Below, piece by piece: positions 48,837 through 57,643 of a stretch of 64,000 nucleotides of DNA. Source of the stretch: Candidatus Multivoradales bacterium (GTDB lineage: Bacteria > Acidobacteriota > Thermoanaerobaculia > Multivoradales > Multivoraceae); contig CBDCWI010000002.1 of assembly GCA_965223325.1 (NCBI GenBank), positions 4,416,001 to 4,480,000 of the forward strand, in the 5' to 3' direction. The notes under the pieces are model-generated. The model was not told where the DNA came from, ran no database searches, and was given only the letters and a program-made list of their open reading frames with translations. A program made the translations under genes and the position numbers. Numbering within the stretch: the stretch's first letter is position 1; every line of letters starts with the position of its first letter.

Positions 48837-50352
48837 CGCCTCGGCGAGCGAGGTTCCAGGCACCTATGTTTCTCAGCCATGCGAGGTTCACGCGCCTGCC
48901 GAGATTCACGAGCGTCAGCGGCCATCAGGAAAGTGAGCCACCTTGCCTCCAGCGGCGTGCCACCGGCGTAGTGCTGCCACGCGACGCGCCGCGAGCCGCT
49001 TGGAACAACGGCACTCGAAGGTGGAGGCCGTAACAAGAGCGGAGATTCTCGGGAGGTACGACAACCAGTTCGCCAAACAACGACAGCTTCCTCCCCATGC
49101 GTTTCGCCAAACCCAGGATCTACACGCCCAACCGCGTCGTCGAAGTCACCACGCGCTGCCTCCAGTCGCGTTTCCTCCTGCGGCCGAGCAAAGAAGTCAA
49201 CAACGAGATCATCGCCGTCCTGGCTCGTGCGCAGCGGCTCTACGGAGTGAGCGTCCACGCCTTCTGGTTCGGCTCAAACCACTGCCACCTCTTGCTGTCC
49301 GCCGCATCGCAGTGGCACATCTCGCGCTTCATGGGTTTCACCAACGGAAACATCGCGAGACGAGTTGGCCGGTTGCAGCGTTGGCGCGAACGTTTCTGGT
49401 GCCGCCGTTACCAGGGCATCGAACTCACCGACGAGCCGCAGGCCGCCTACCAGCGCCTGCGCTACGTCTTGGCGCAGGGCTGCAAAGAAGGGCTGATTGA
49501 TTCGCCGCTTGACTGGCCCGGTGTGACGAGTGCTCGGGCTCTTGCCGACGGTTCGATGAAGCTCTCGGGCGTCTGGCTCGATCGCACTGGCTTGTACCAC
49601 GAGCGCGTCCGCCGAGGAGTTATTGGCCCGCGGTCCAAACGGCTGAGCCGGAGGGAGCGTCGCGAGGCGAATCGCAAGATCGACATCACCGAGTTCGAGA
49701 CGGTCGAGGAGCTCACTCTCGAGCCCCTGCCGCACTTTGCCGAGCTGAGCGCCGAGGCCTACCGCAAGATGCTCGTCTCGATGATCGAAGACATCGAGGA
49801 AGAGACAGGCCAACGCCTCGATCTCGCAGGTGGGCGGAGCATGGGACGCGAGAAGATTCTCGCCCAGGACCCTCACGCCGCTCCGCGCCATTCGAAGCGC
49901 AGCCCCGCCCCGGCCTGCCACGCCCACACCCGGGAACAGCGCGTCGCGTTCATCGTCAACCGCTGGCATTTCGTTGTGGCGTACAGGAGGGCGGCGCGTA
50001 GGTTGCGTTCGGGTGAGGAGAACGTCGCGTTCCCGCGAGGTTGCTTCCCGCCGCGTGGCGCGTTCGTTCCGCACGCGGCTCGCGCTCCTGGATAGAAGGA
50101 CTTCAGTGTTGCGTCTTTTGTGACGGCGATCACGAGATTCGCGGCGCGAGCTATGGCTTTGGTTGTTGCGCTGGCGACTCGAGGGCGGTTCGAGGCGTGA
50201 CCGGGCCTTGGCGACCGGTCGTTTCGCGCGAATCGGTTAGCGCGCGCTCGGCAAAGCGGTGAGTTTCGCGCCGGAGTCTGCCTCGTGAATCTGGATATGC
50301 CCCTGAAGCTCGCTTGGCACCGAAACATAGTTGCCTGGAACGTCTCAGGCGA
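48837..50352 (+). mobile_element. Family A element with a divergent right-end allele
   Basis: Left end at 48837; right end CTCGTGAATCTGGATATGCCCCTGAAGCTCGCTTGGCACCGAAACATAGTTGCCTGGAACGTCTC. Confidence 0.9.
49097..50095 (+). CDS. tnpA: Family A Y1 (RAYT/IS200-like) HUH transposase, 332 aa
   Basis: EVTTRC...FLLRP, SNHCHLLL (HUH), FWCRRY, YVLAQGCKEGLI..P.DWPG, FPRGCFPP. Confidence 0.88.
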   Translation: MRFAKPRIYTPNRVVEVTTRCLQSRFLLRPSKEVNNEIIAVLARAQRLYGVSVHAFWFGSNHCHLLLSAASQWHISRFMGFTNGNIARRVGRLQRWRERFWCRRYQGIELTDEPQAAYQRLRYVLAQGCKEGLIDSPLDWPGVTSARALADGSMKLSGVWLDRTGLYHERVRRGVIGPRSKRLSRRERREANRKIDITEFETVEELTLEPLPHFAELSAEAYRKMLVSMIEDIEEETGQRLDLAGGRSMGREKILAQDPHAAPRHSKRSPAPACHAHTREQRVAFIVNRWHFVVAYRRAARRLRSGEENVAFPRGCFPPRGAFVPHAARAPG

Positions 50353-50363
50353 GAACTCGGCGC

Positions 50364-50481
50364 GGACACCCATCGAGGCGGTGAAAGAGGACGATGGAGT
50401 GCTTCGGAACTCGGCGCGTCGCCTTGTCTGGCGTTTCCGTGAAAACTTACCCTCGACCGTGCGCGGCATCGCCGCGCGATC
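50364..50481 (+). mobile_element. Family B solo right end fused to the A right end
   Basis: Matches 46167-46283 closely; ends CGCCGCGCGATC. Confidence 0.9.
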
Positions 50482-50633
50482 TCGACAGGCTTCCCGGTCG
50501 AATGAAGTCCGGCCCCGCTTAGGAACGGCCATGGAAGCCATATTTACTTGATTTAACAAGTTTAGGATTTATTGTAGAATTCTAACGATGGCTCAATAGA
50601 CGCCAGCAACCTCACGGTCAAAGGACCCTGCCC

Positions 50634-53147
50634 ATGCAACTCGCTGTCGCCACTGGTGTCCCAGTCACCACCCGCTGTCGAAGCCTCCCCGGGGCATGTT
50701 CCCGTGGCCGAGGTCGCTCTGCGGCGCTGGCCGCTGTCGTTTTCGCCGGAGTGATCGTGGGCCCTGCGATGGGCCAGGGGCCCCGCGCGCTCGCAAAAGC
50801 AGCAGAGAACGCCGTCGAGGCGCAGCGTTACAGCGAAGCCATCGAACTACTCGAGAAGGCCGTCGAAACCAGTCACTCCAAGGCGCGGTTCGTCGAGCGC
50901 CTCGCAGAGATCAAGCAGGAAGGTGCCCAATGGGCAGCTATGACCGGGCTCTCGGGTCACCCAACGGATCTGGAGCGGTCCGTGAAGTGGCTTGGGTTGG
51001 CGGAACAGTGGGCGCCGAAGCGCACATCTGTCGCCGTGCTACGTCACGTGGTTGAATCGGAGATCGCACGCCGTCGGGCTGTGCTTGCGGAGGCGATCGA
51101 AGAAGCTCGTGCGGGCCGGGTCGGCCGCGCCGTTCAACTTGGCGAAAGCGTCGCCTCGAGAAGTCTAGAAGCACCAGAGACCAAGCTGCTGGCCGAAGAA
51201 CTCGAGCTTCAAGAATCTCTGAGAAAGGCTCGCGAACAGGTGGAGGCGAACCCCGTCGCCGAAGAGGCTTTTCATGCGGTATCTCGCCTCATTGGCCCGG
51301 CAGGCAGTCGGCCGGCTGTAATCTCTCTCCGAGAGACAGTCGGTCGCGCCCAACTGGCGATTGCACAAGAACTACTAGCGGTGCCCGACTTGGCGGTTCA
51401 GGACGTCCATGCCGGCACCGAAGCGATTCTCAGAGCCGAGAAGGTATGTTCGGCCTGCCCGACCGAACCCATTAGAGGGCTGGTCGCAGAGCGGATTGAT
51501 GAGGTTTTTGGACCTCAGCTCGAGCAGTATCGGTCTCTGGGGCCACATGGGGCAGTCGCTGCAGATGTTCTACGGCAGAGCCTGATCAGGCTGTCACCGC
51601 AAAGGGCGACGACTTCGGGTGCCCTGCCTGAGTCGTGGCCCGACGTCGTTGTTTCTGTTGATTGGCTCAGCCCTGGCGACGCCTGCGATACGCCGCCAGG
51701 CCTTCCAGCGAGGCTCACTGACCAGTTACCAACCGTACCGCCGGGTTCAAGAAAGAGCCCGGCCATCGACCAAAGTCCTGACCTGGTCGTCCGAGTATCC
51801 CTCACTCAGTGCGAGAGCCGGGCGATCAATCCGCGGGAAGTGCAGGTTCGTTCGTCATCGTACAGGGCCGGGTCACAACAGATCGCCAACCCTGAGTATG
51901 CAAGGCTTCAGGAAAACGTCAACGCTGCGACGACTAACCTTCGAACAGCCCAGTTGAACCTGGCGAACTCGGCTCAGAACATGAAGGCCTTCTACCAGGG
52001 GCAAGTGCTGGGCGGCCAGATATCCCTGGGAATGCTCCAGGGGAAGCTGAACCGCACGCCGCCCTACCTTGAACGCCCGGTCATTCAGCCCTACACCTAC
52101 GAAGAGTATGAAAAAGCTCTTGTTGTCTCGGTTGCGGGCTCGATCTCACTGGTCGACGCGCACGACCGCGGCGTACTGGTCGTAGTTCCCGTCGAAAGCT
52201 CCGTCGAGGCCTCTGCCTGGGGTCGCCGCGGCGTCTTTGGGGAGGACGTAGGCGGCCTCACCAATTCCAGCCCACAGATTCCGGAGACCTTGGCGGAGCT
52301 GGCTGACCATGCCACTGTAGACGTGTCCGAAAGAGCTCTGGGGATCGTCACTGAATACGCAAGCCGTTGGGCCCTCGTTCGGGCAGTCAAAGCAAGGCAA
52401 GGCGGCTCGGATAGAGGCGCAGCGGCGTGGATGGTCGCCGAGGCAATCCTCTCCAACGAAGATGCCGAACCTGGCCTGCTCGCCCCGGACCTCGTTGCGA
52501 AGCTGCTAGCAAATGACCCTCACGCGGCCTCATCCATGGTTCCCGACGTCGCTACGTTCTGCCAGAACCCGAGCGCTAAGAGCTCTACTCTCTGCGGTGG
52601 TGAGAATCGCTCGAGAACGAGTCGCGGGACGGCGGAGGAAAGTGAGAGTTCAGCGAGCGCAGCTGTGTTGGGGAAAGCGACCGATTACAGGGGATATCAG
52701 GAGAGGCGCTCAACCGGTTCTCGCACAGGCCGGGGCGGCAGTTGCGAGAGCGGTCACCAGATCGAAGTCGTGAGTCTTGGTGGAGAATTTGTCATCCTCG
52801 AAGACATGTCTGTGTGGAAAGTCGACGGCTTGGAGGCGCTCGAAACCAGCCTCTGGCATCGCGGAAACTCCGTGACGAGGTGTGACTCCCGTCTCGTCAA
52901 CATGGACTTGAACGAAGTCGTGACCGTGGAGCAGGTCTCGAGAGCGAGCGGTTCCATTCACGCGGTGGAGGCCGCCGACGATGGCCTCTTCGTCATCAAC
53001 GGCGCGATCTTTGAGGCGAAGACCTACTGTTCAGTTGCCCGTGGGGATGAGGTTCTCTTCATCGATGGCTCGGCGAGTGGCGTCTGCGTCAGCGCGTCGC
53101 TTCTGTCTCTGGGCTCTGCGCGTGTCTGCCGCGTCTGGTGCAAGTAG
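50634..53147 (+). CDS. Large secreted hypothetical protein (TPR-like N-terminus, two small Cys-rich C-terminal domains)
   Basis: 837-aa ORF after an AT-rich promoter-like stretch; signal-like segment; NPEY..LQ; CESGH and KTYC..VWC domains. Confidence 0.7.
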   Translation: MQLAVATGVPVTTRCRSLPGACSRGRGRSAALAAVVFAGVIVGPAMGQGPRALAKAAENAVEAQRYSEAIELLEKAVETSHSKARFVERLAEIKQEGAQWAAMTGLSGHPTDLERSVKWLGLAEQWAPKRTSVAVLRHVVESEIARRRAVLAEAIEEARAGRVGRAVQLGESVASRSLEAPETKLLAEELELQESLRKAREQVEANPVAEEAFHAVSRLIGPAGSRPAVISLRETVGRAQLAIAQELLAVPDLAVQDVHAGTEAILRAEKVCSACPTEPIRGLVAERIDEVFGPQLEQYRSLGPHGAVAADVLRQSLIRLSPQRATTSGALPESWPDVVVSVDWLSPGDACDTPPGLPARLTDQLPTVPPGSRKSPAIDQSPDLVVRVSLTQCESRAINPREVQVRSSSYRAGSQQIANPEYARLQENVNAATTNLRTAQLNLANSAQNMKAFYQGQVLGGQISLGMLQGKLNRTPPYLERPVIQPYTYEEYEKALVVSVAGSISLVDAHDRGVLVVVPVESSVEASAWGRRGVFGEDVGGLTNSSPQIPETLAELADHATVDVSERALGIVTEYASRWALVRAVKARQGGSDRGAAAWMVAEAILSNEDAEPGLLAPDLVAKLLANDPHAASSMVPDVATFCQNPSAKSSTLCGGENRSRTSRGTAEESESSASAAVLGKATDYRGYQERRSTGSRTGRGGSCESGHQIEVVSLGGEFVILEDMSVWKVDGLEALETSLWHRGNSVTRCDSRLVNMDLNEVVTVEQVSRASGSIHAVEAADDGLFVINGAIFEAKTYCSVARGDEVLFIDGSASGVCVSASLLSLGSARVCRVWCK

Positions 53148-53214
53148 ACCTGCGAATCGTCACGCAGACCTGATCGAGCGCTACTTCGGAGAGATGCGTG
53201 CAGCGCGGTTGCCT

Positions 53215-53259
53215 GATCGCGCAGCGATGCCGCGCACAGTCGGGGGTAGGTTTTGAGCC
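53215..53259 (+). mobile_element. Family B solo left end
   Basis: GATCGCGCAGCGATGCCGCGCACAGTCGGGGGTAGGTTTTGAGCC. Confidence 0.85.
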
Positions 53260-53268
53260 CTCGGGGGG

Positions 53269-53445
53269 GGCACCCTCGTGAAGGATCTCATCGAGCAGGC
53301 TGCGGGAGTCCGAAACCGGAAACTCGTGGATCGTGGCGGCGGAAGTAGACTCGGACATGGTGGCGTATCTCCTTTGCCCTCGCGGGCGATTGGGGGGTTA
53401 GGCAACCCCAGGATACGCCGCCCTTCTCATCTACTCGGAACCCGA
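53269..53445 (-). mobile_element. Remnant of an IS256-like left end with ~30 transposase codons
   Basis: GGTTGCCTAAC...AGGAGATACGCC-ACC-ATG leader; N-terminus ...SLLDEILHEGA. Confidence 0.55.
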
Positions 53446-53463
53446 CCCCCGCCTGGCGGGGCC

Positions 53464-54986
53464 GACGCTCCAGGCACCTATGTTTCATAGCCATGCGAGG
53501 TTCACGCGCCTGCCGAGATTCACGAGCGTCAGCGGCCGTCAGGAAAGTGAGCCACCTTGCCTCCAGCGGCGTGCCACCGGCGAAGTCCTGCCAGGCGATG
53601 CCCCGCGAGGCGCTTTGAACAACGGCACTCGAAGGCGGGGGCCGTAACAAGAGCGCAGATTCTCGGGAGGTACGACAACCAGGATCGCCAAACAACGGCA
53701 GCTTCCTCCCCATGCGTTTCGCCAAGCCCAGGATCTACACGCCCAACAGCGTCGTCGAAGTCACCACGCGCTGCCTCCAGTCGCGTTTCCTCCTGCGCCC
53801 GAGCAAAGAAGTCAACAACGAGATCATCGCCGTCCTGGCTCGTGCGCAGCGGCTCTACGGAGTGAGCGTCCACGCCTTCTGGTTCGGCTCAAACCACTGC
53901 CATCTCTTGCTGTCCGCCGAATCGCAGTGGCACATCTCGCGCTTCATGGGTTTCACCAACGGAAACATCGCGAGACGAGTTGGCCGGTTGCAGCGTTGGC
54001 GCGAGCGGTTCTGGTGTCGCCGTTACCAGGGCATCGAACTCACCGACGAGCCGCAAGCCGCCTACCAGCGTCTCCGCTACGTCTTGGCGCAGGGCTGCAA
54101 AGAAGGGCTGATTGATTCGCCGCTTGACTGGCCCGGTGTGACCAGTGCTCGCGCTCTTGCCGGCGGCTCGATGAAGCTCTCGGGCGTCTGGCTAGATCGC
54201 ACCGGCCTGTACCACGAGCGCGTCCGCCGAGGAGTGATCGGCCCGCGATCCAAACAGCTGAGCCGGAGCGAGCGTCGCGAGGCGAATCGCAAGATCGACA
54301 TCACCGAGTTCGAGACGGTCGAGGAGCTCACTCTCGAGCCCCTGCCGCACTTTGCCGACCTGAGCGCCGAGGCCTACCGCAAGATGATCGTTTCGATGAT
54401 CGAAGACATCGAGGAAGAGACAGGCCAACGCCTCGATCTCGAAGGTCGGCGGAGCATGGGACGCGAGAAGATTCTCGCCCAGGACCCTCACGCCGCTCCG
54501 CGGCAGTCGAAGCGCAGCCCCGCCCCGGCCTGCCACGCCCACACCCGGGAACAGCGCGTCGCGTTCATCGTCAACCGCTGGCATTTCGTTGTGGCGTACA
54601 GGAGGGCGGCGCGTAGGTTGCGTTCGGGTGAGAAGAACGTCGCGTTCCCTCGAGGTTGCTTTCCGCCGCGCGGCGCGTTCGTTCCGCACGCGGCTCGCGC
54701 TCCTGGATAGAAGGACTTCAGTGTTGCGTCTTTTGGGGACGGCGATCACGAGATCGCGGCGCGAGTTATGGCGCAGTCAATCGCGCAGCGGCTTGGACTG
54801 GCTTGGACGGTGGTTTGAGGTGTGATCGAGCCGCGTTGAGGAGGTGTTTGGAGCGGATCTGCTTGCGCATGTCCAGTACGGCCGCAGACTTGGCTCCGGG
54901 ATCCGACTCGTGAATCTCGGCATGCGCGTGAACCTCGCATGGCTATGAAACATAGTTGCCTGGAACGTCTCCGAGGCGGCCTCGGG
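53464..54986 (+). mobile_element. Family A element, intact transposase
   Basis: GACGCTCCAGGCACCTATG ... TGGAACGTCTCCGAGGCGGCCTCGGG. Confidence 0.9.
53712..54710 (+). CDS. tnpA: Family A Y1 HUH transposase, 332 aa
   Basis: Near-identical to 49097..50095. Confidence 0.88.
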   Translation: MRFAKPRIYTPNSVVEVTTRCLQSRFLLRPSKEVNNEIIAVLARAQRLYGVSVHAFWFGSNHCHLLLSAESQWHISRFMGFTNGNIARRVGRLQRWRERFWCRRYQGIELTDEPQAAYQRLRYVLAQGCKEGLIDSPLDWPGVTSARALAGGSMKLSGVWLDRTGLYHERVRRGVIGPRSKQLSRSERREANRKIDITEFETVEELTLEPLPHFADLSAEAYRKMIVSMIEDIEEETGQRLDLEGRRSMGREKILAQDPHAAPRQSKRSPAPACHAHTREQRVAFIVNRWHFVVAYRRAARRLRSGEKNVAFPRGCFPPRGAFVPHAARAPG

Positions 54987-55545
54987 AGATCGAGGACGAG
55001 ACCCGGGCGCGCCACAAGCGAAAGGGCACGAGGCCTCGCGGCGCCTACAAAACGGCGCAGGTGAGTCCGATGCGCCGTCCGAGGAAGCTCGATTGGGGGC
55101 CGAGGCCTCGGGTCATCGCGTCGGACTCGTACGAACGCAATCGGCTGCTTTCGGTTTTCGATGCGGTGAGGCGAGCGCATCGTGCGGCGCGCGATCTTCT
55201 GTGGGGTGGTGACCTGGAGGCGCGGTTTCCCCCCGGAACTTTCCCAAGCCCGCTGCCGTTCGTGGCCCTGGAAGTGCCTGGGCCAGGTACACGCGACGGT
55301 CCCTGACGGCCCAGGCCACCGGCGAAGAGGTTGAGGGGGACGCACCGATCGGTGTGTTGGCGGAGCTCCGTTTGTCGGGCGGAGTACCCACGTTCAGGAG
55401 TGGTGAAGGCGAGGTTTCTGCCTTCGTCACCGCCCTTCGAGGTCGGAGAGGAGGGCGATGGAGCGCGCGAAGGCTCGGCGCTTCGTCCAGTCCAGCGTTG
55501 CCGTCAAAACTTACCCCCGACCGTGCGCGGCATCGCCGCGCGATC
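54986..55545 (+). mobile_element. Family B 3' half (transposase from EIEDET to stop 55306, plus right end)
   Basis: Begins directly after the A right hairpin. Confidence 0.88.
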
Positions 55546-56297
55546 TTCGAGCTCGAGGGCACCTGGGTCGATCGTTCGGCGCTTCGCCGTGCCCGTTTCT
55601 CGAAAGCCGGTCGTCGTTTGAGCGAAAAGGACTTCTCGAGCCGCGAGACGGTCGTGTTATCGAAGCTTCCGTGCCTCGAGGACCTCCCTGACGAGGAGTA
55701 CTTCGACTGGGCCCGCGGGATGATTGTTGAGATCGAGGACGAGACCCGGGTGCGCCACAAGCGAGAGGGGACGAGGCCTCGCGGTGCCTACAAGACGATG
55801 CAGGTGAGTCCGATGCGCCGTCCGAGGAAGCTCGATTGGGGGCCGAGGCCTCGGGTCATCGCGTCGGACTCGTACGAACGCAATCGCCTGCTTTCGGTTT
55901 TCGATGCGGTGAGGCGAGCGCACCGCGCGGCACGGGATCTTCTGTGGAGTGGTGACCTGGAGGCGAAGTTTCCGCCTGGCACTTTTCCAAGCCCGCTGCC
56001 GTTTGTGGCCTTGGAAGTGCCTGGGCCGGGTGCACGCGACGGTCCCTGACGGTCCGGGCCGCCGGCGAAGAGGTTGACAAGGTTGAGGGTGACGCACCTA
56101 TCGGTGTGATGGCGGAGCTGCGTTTGTCGGGCAGAGTGCCGAGGTTTCAGGGGTGGCGAAGGCGAGGTTTCTGCCCTCGCGATGACCGATCGAGGTGGTG
56201 GAGAAGGCTGATGGAGCGCTCTGGATTCGGCGCGGCGCCTTCGTCGGCGCTGCCATCAAAACTTACCCCCTACCGTGCGCGGCATCGCCGCGCGAAC
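55546..56297 (+). mobile_element. Family B 3' half (transposase from FELEGT to stop 56049, plus right end)
   Basis: Begins directly after the GATC of the preceding B end; terminal GAAC variant. Confidence 0.88.
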
Positions 56298-56342
56298 TGA
56301 CTACTTTGTCAGCTGCCTGGGAGGCCGACCGACTCATTTCAT

Positions 56343-56370
56343 CTGGAACGTCTCGAGGCGAAGCCTCGGG
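56343..56370 (+). mobile_element. Family A right tip only
   Basis: CTGGAACGTCTCGAGGCGAAGCCTCGGG. Confidence 0.8.
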
Positions 56371-56372
56371 GA

Positions 56373-56411
56373 GGTACACGCTATTCCCGCACACTCGGTA
56401 CACGCTATTCC
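56373..56411 (+). repeat. 15-bp direct repeat GGTACACGCTATTCC, two copies
   Basis: Copies at 56373 and 56397. Confidence 0.8.
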
Positions 56412-56492
56412 TGAATTCGCGTTTGACAGCCGATTTCGCCGCCGTATATGGTCGGCTAACCCAATGTCGAACAACCATAAGGGGGCGATCAG

Positions 56493-57098
56493 ATGATTGT
56501 CGAACAATCGGCGCTGTTTCGAATCGGCTTCGTTTTCATAGCATTGGCCGTGCTAACCACCGGGTTAGCTAGCGCACAAGGCGTTACCCAACAGGAAGTG
56601 CGCCTCACCCTCAAAGGAAGCAATCTTCCCGCCTACACGTGCGCACAGCACCTCCTCCAGACTCCGGACGTTCAGACACTGCGCGAGATTCTCGATCTCG
56701 ACCAGGCCGAAAGGGATCGCTTGTCTGCGCGGCAAGCAGACTACGAGTCTCATCGGAATGGGCTGGCTGCTCATATGAGGAACCGCTACGAGGCTTTGGG
56801 GCTGAGCGACCCTGCGAGGGCCGCGACTATCCCTGAACAAGCCCTTCGTTCCTACAGCCTTGAGGGATCCAGGCGGGATGCCGCTGCCGTTCGACGACTC
56901 GTAGCATCGCTTTATCGAGGTCTCGATGACGAGTCAAGAGCTCTAATGAAGGCAGAGTTCCCGGGCGGAAGAATCTGCGAGGGCGTTGCTTTGCACACGA
57001 CCGACGAGTCGTTTGATCCCGACCTGTTGGACCTCTTTGATACTTTCAGAGACGGAATGCAAGAGGACTTTGACACCACTGACAGAGGAAACCGATGA
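56493..57098 (+). CDS. Secreted hypothetical protein
   Basis: Signal peptide ending ASA-Q; overlaps next gene by 4 bp. Confidence 0.65.
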   Translation: MIVEQSALFRIGFVFIALAVLTTGLASAQGVTQQEVRLTLKGSNLPAYTCAQHLLQTPDVQTLREILDLDQAERDRLSARQADYESHRNGLAAHMRNRYEALGLSDPARAATIPEQALRSYSLEGSRRDAAAVRRLVASLYRGLDDESRALMKAEFPGGRICEGVALHTTDESFDPDLLDLFDTFRDGMQEDFDTTDRGNR

Positions 57099-57583
57099 TG
57101 TTGACGAGAGGATGCCTCCTTGTAGCAATGCTGCTGGCAATTGCCGGCACCCCCAGCCAGGCGCTGACCTATTCAACACACGTAGCGACGACGGCCATCG
57201 GCAACAACTTCAGCATGACCGTCGACTTTACGGCGTGGGTGAATGTGACTCAGATTACGGAATTGGATTGGCTCGACGTTATCCAGGCCACGGCGATAGG
57301 ATACGGCTATTACAACGCTTGTATTCTCAATGTGAACAACCTCGGCCAGGACGATAAGACGTGGATAATCCTCCCCTACCAGCCGACTCCTTTCAAGGTA
57401 GAAGCCCTGTTGAGAAAGAACGGTACCTGTGGTGGCGGAGTTGGCGGTCTGTCCTTCAAGACCAAGGGTGTTTTTAGTGGAACCGAGATCCCTGCGTCCT
57501 CCAAAAACGGAAACTGCGTTTGCCCTTGTGAAGCGCCACCCGGCGGCGGTGGTGGTGGTGGAGGAGGATGGCCGCCACAGTAG
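57095..57583 (+). CDS. Secreted Cys-containing hypothetical protein with Gly/Pro tail
   Basis: Signal peptide ending SQA; CVCPC motif and poly-Gly. Confidence 0.65.
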   Translation: MMLTRGCLLVAMLLAIAGTPSQALTYSTHVATTAIGNNFSMTVDFTAWVNVTQITELDWLDVIQATAIGYGYYNACILNVNNLGQDDKTWIILPYQPTPFKVEALLRKNGTCGGGVGGLSFKTKGVFSGTEIPASSKNGNCVCPCEAPPGGGGGGGGGWPPQ

Positions 57584-57643
57584 TTAGCTCACAGCCGGCG
57601 GTTCTGGGTCGTCCCAAAGGGGAAAGCCTACCGTGCCGTCGCT

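Noticed and set aside
55354-56049. 231-aa ORF as a functional transposase
   Set aside because: Read-through from a B end into a 3' fragment lacking the HUH and catalytic Tyr motifs
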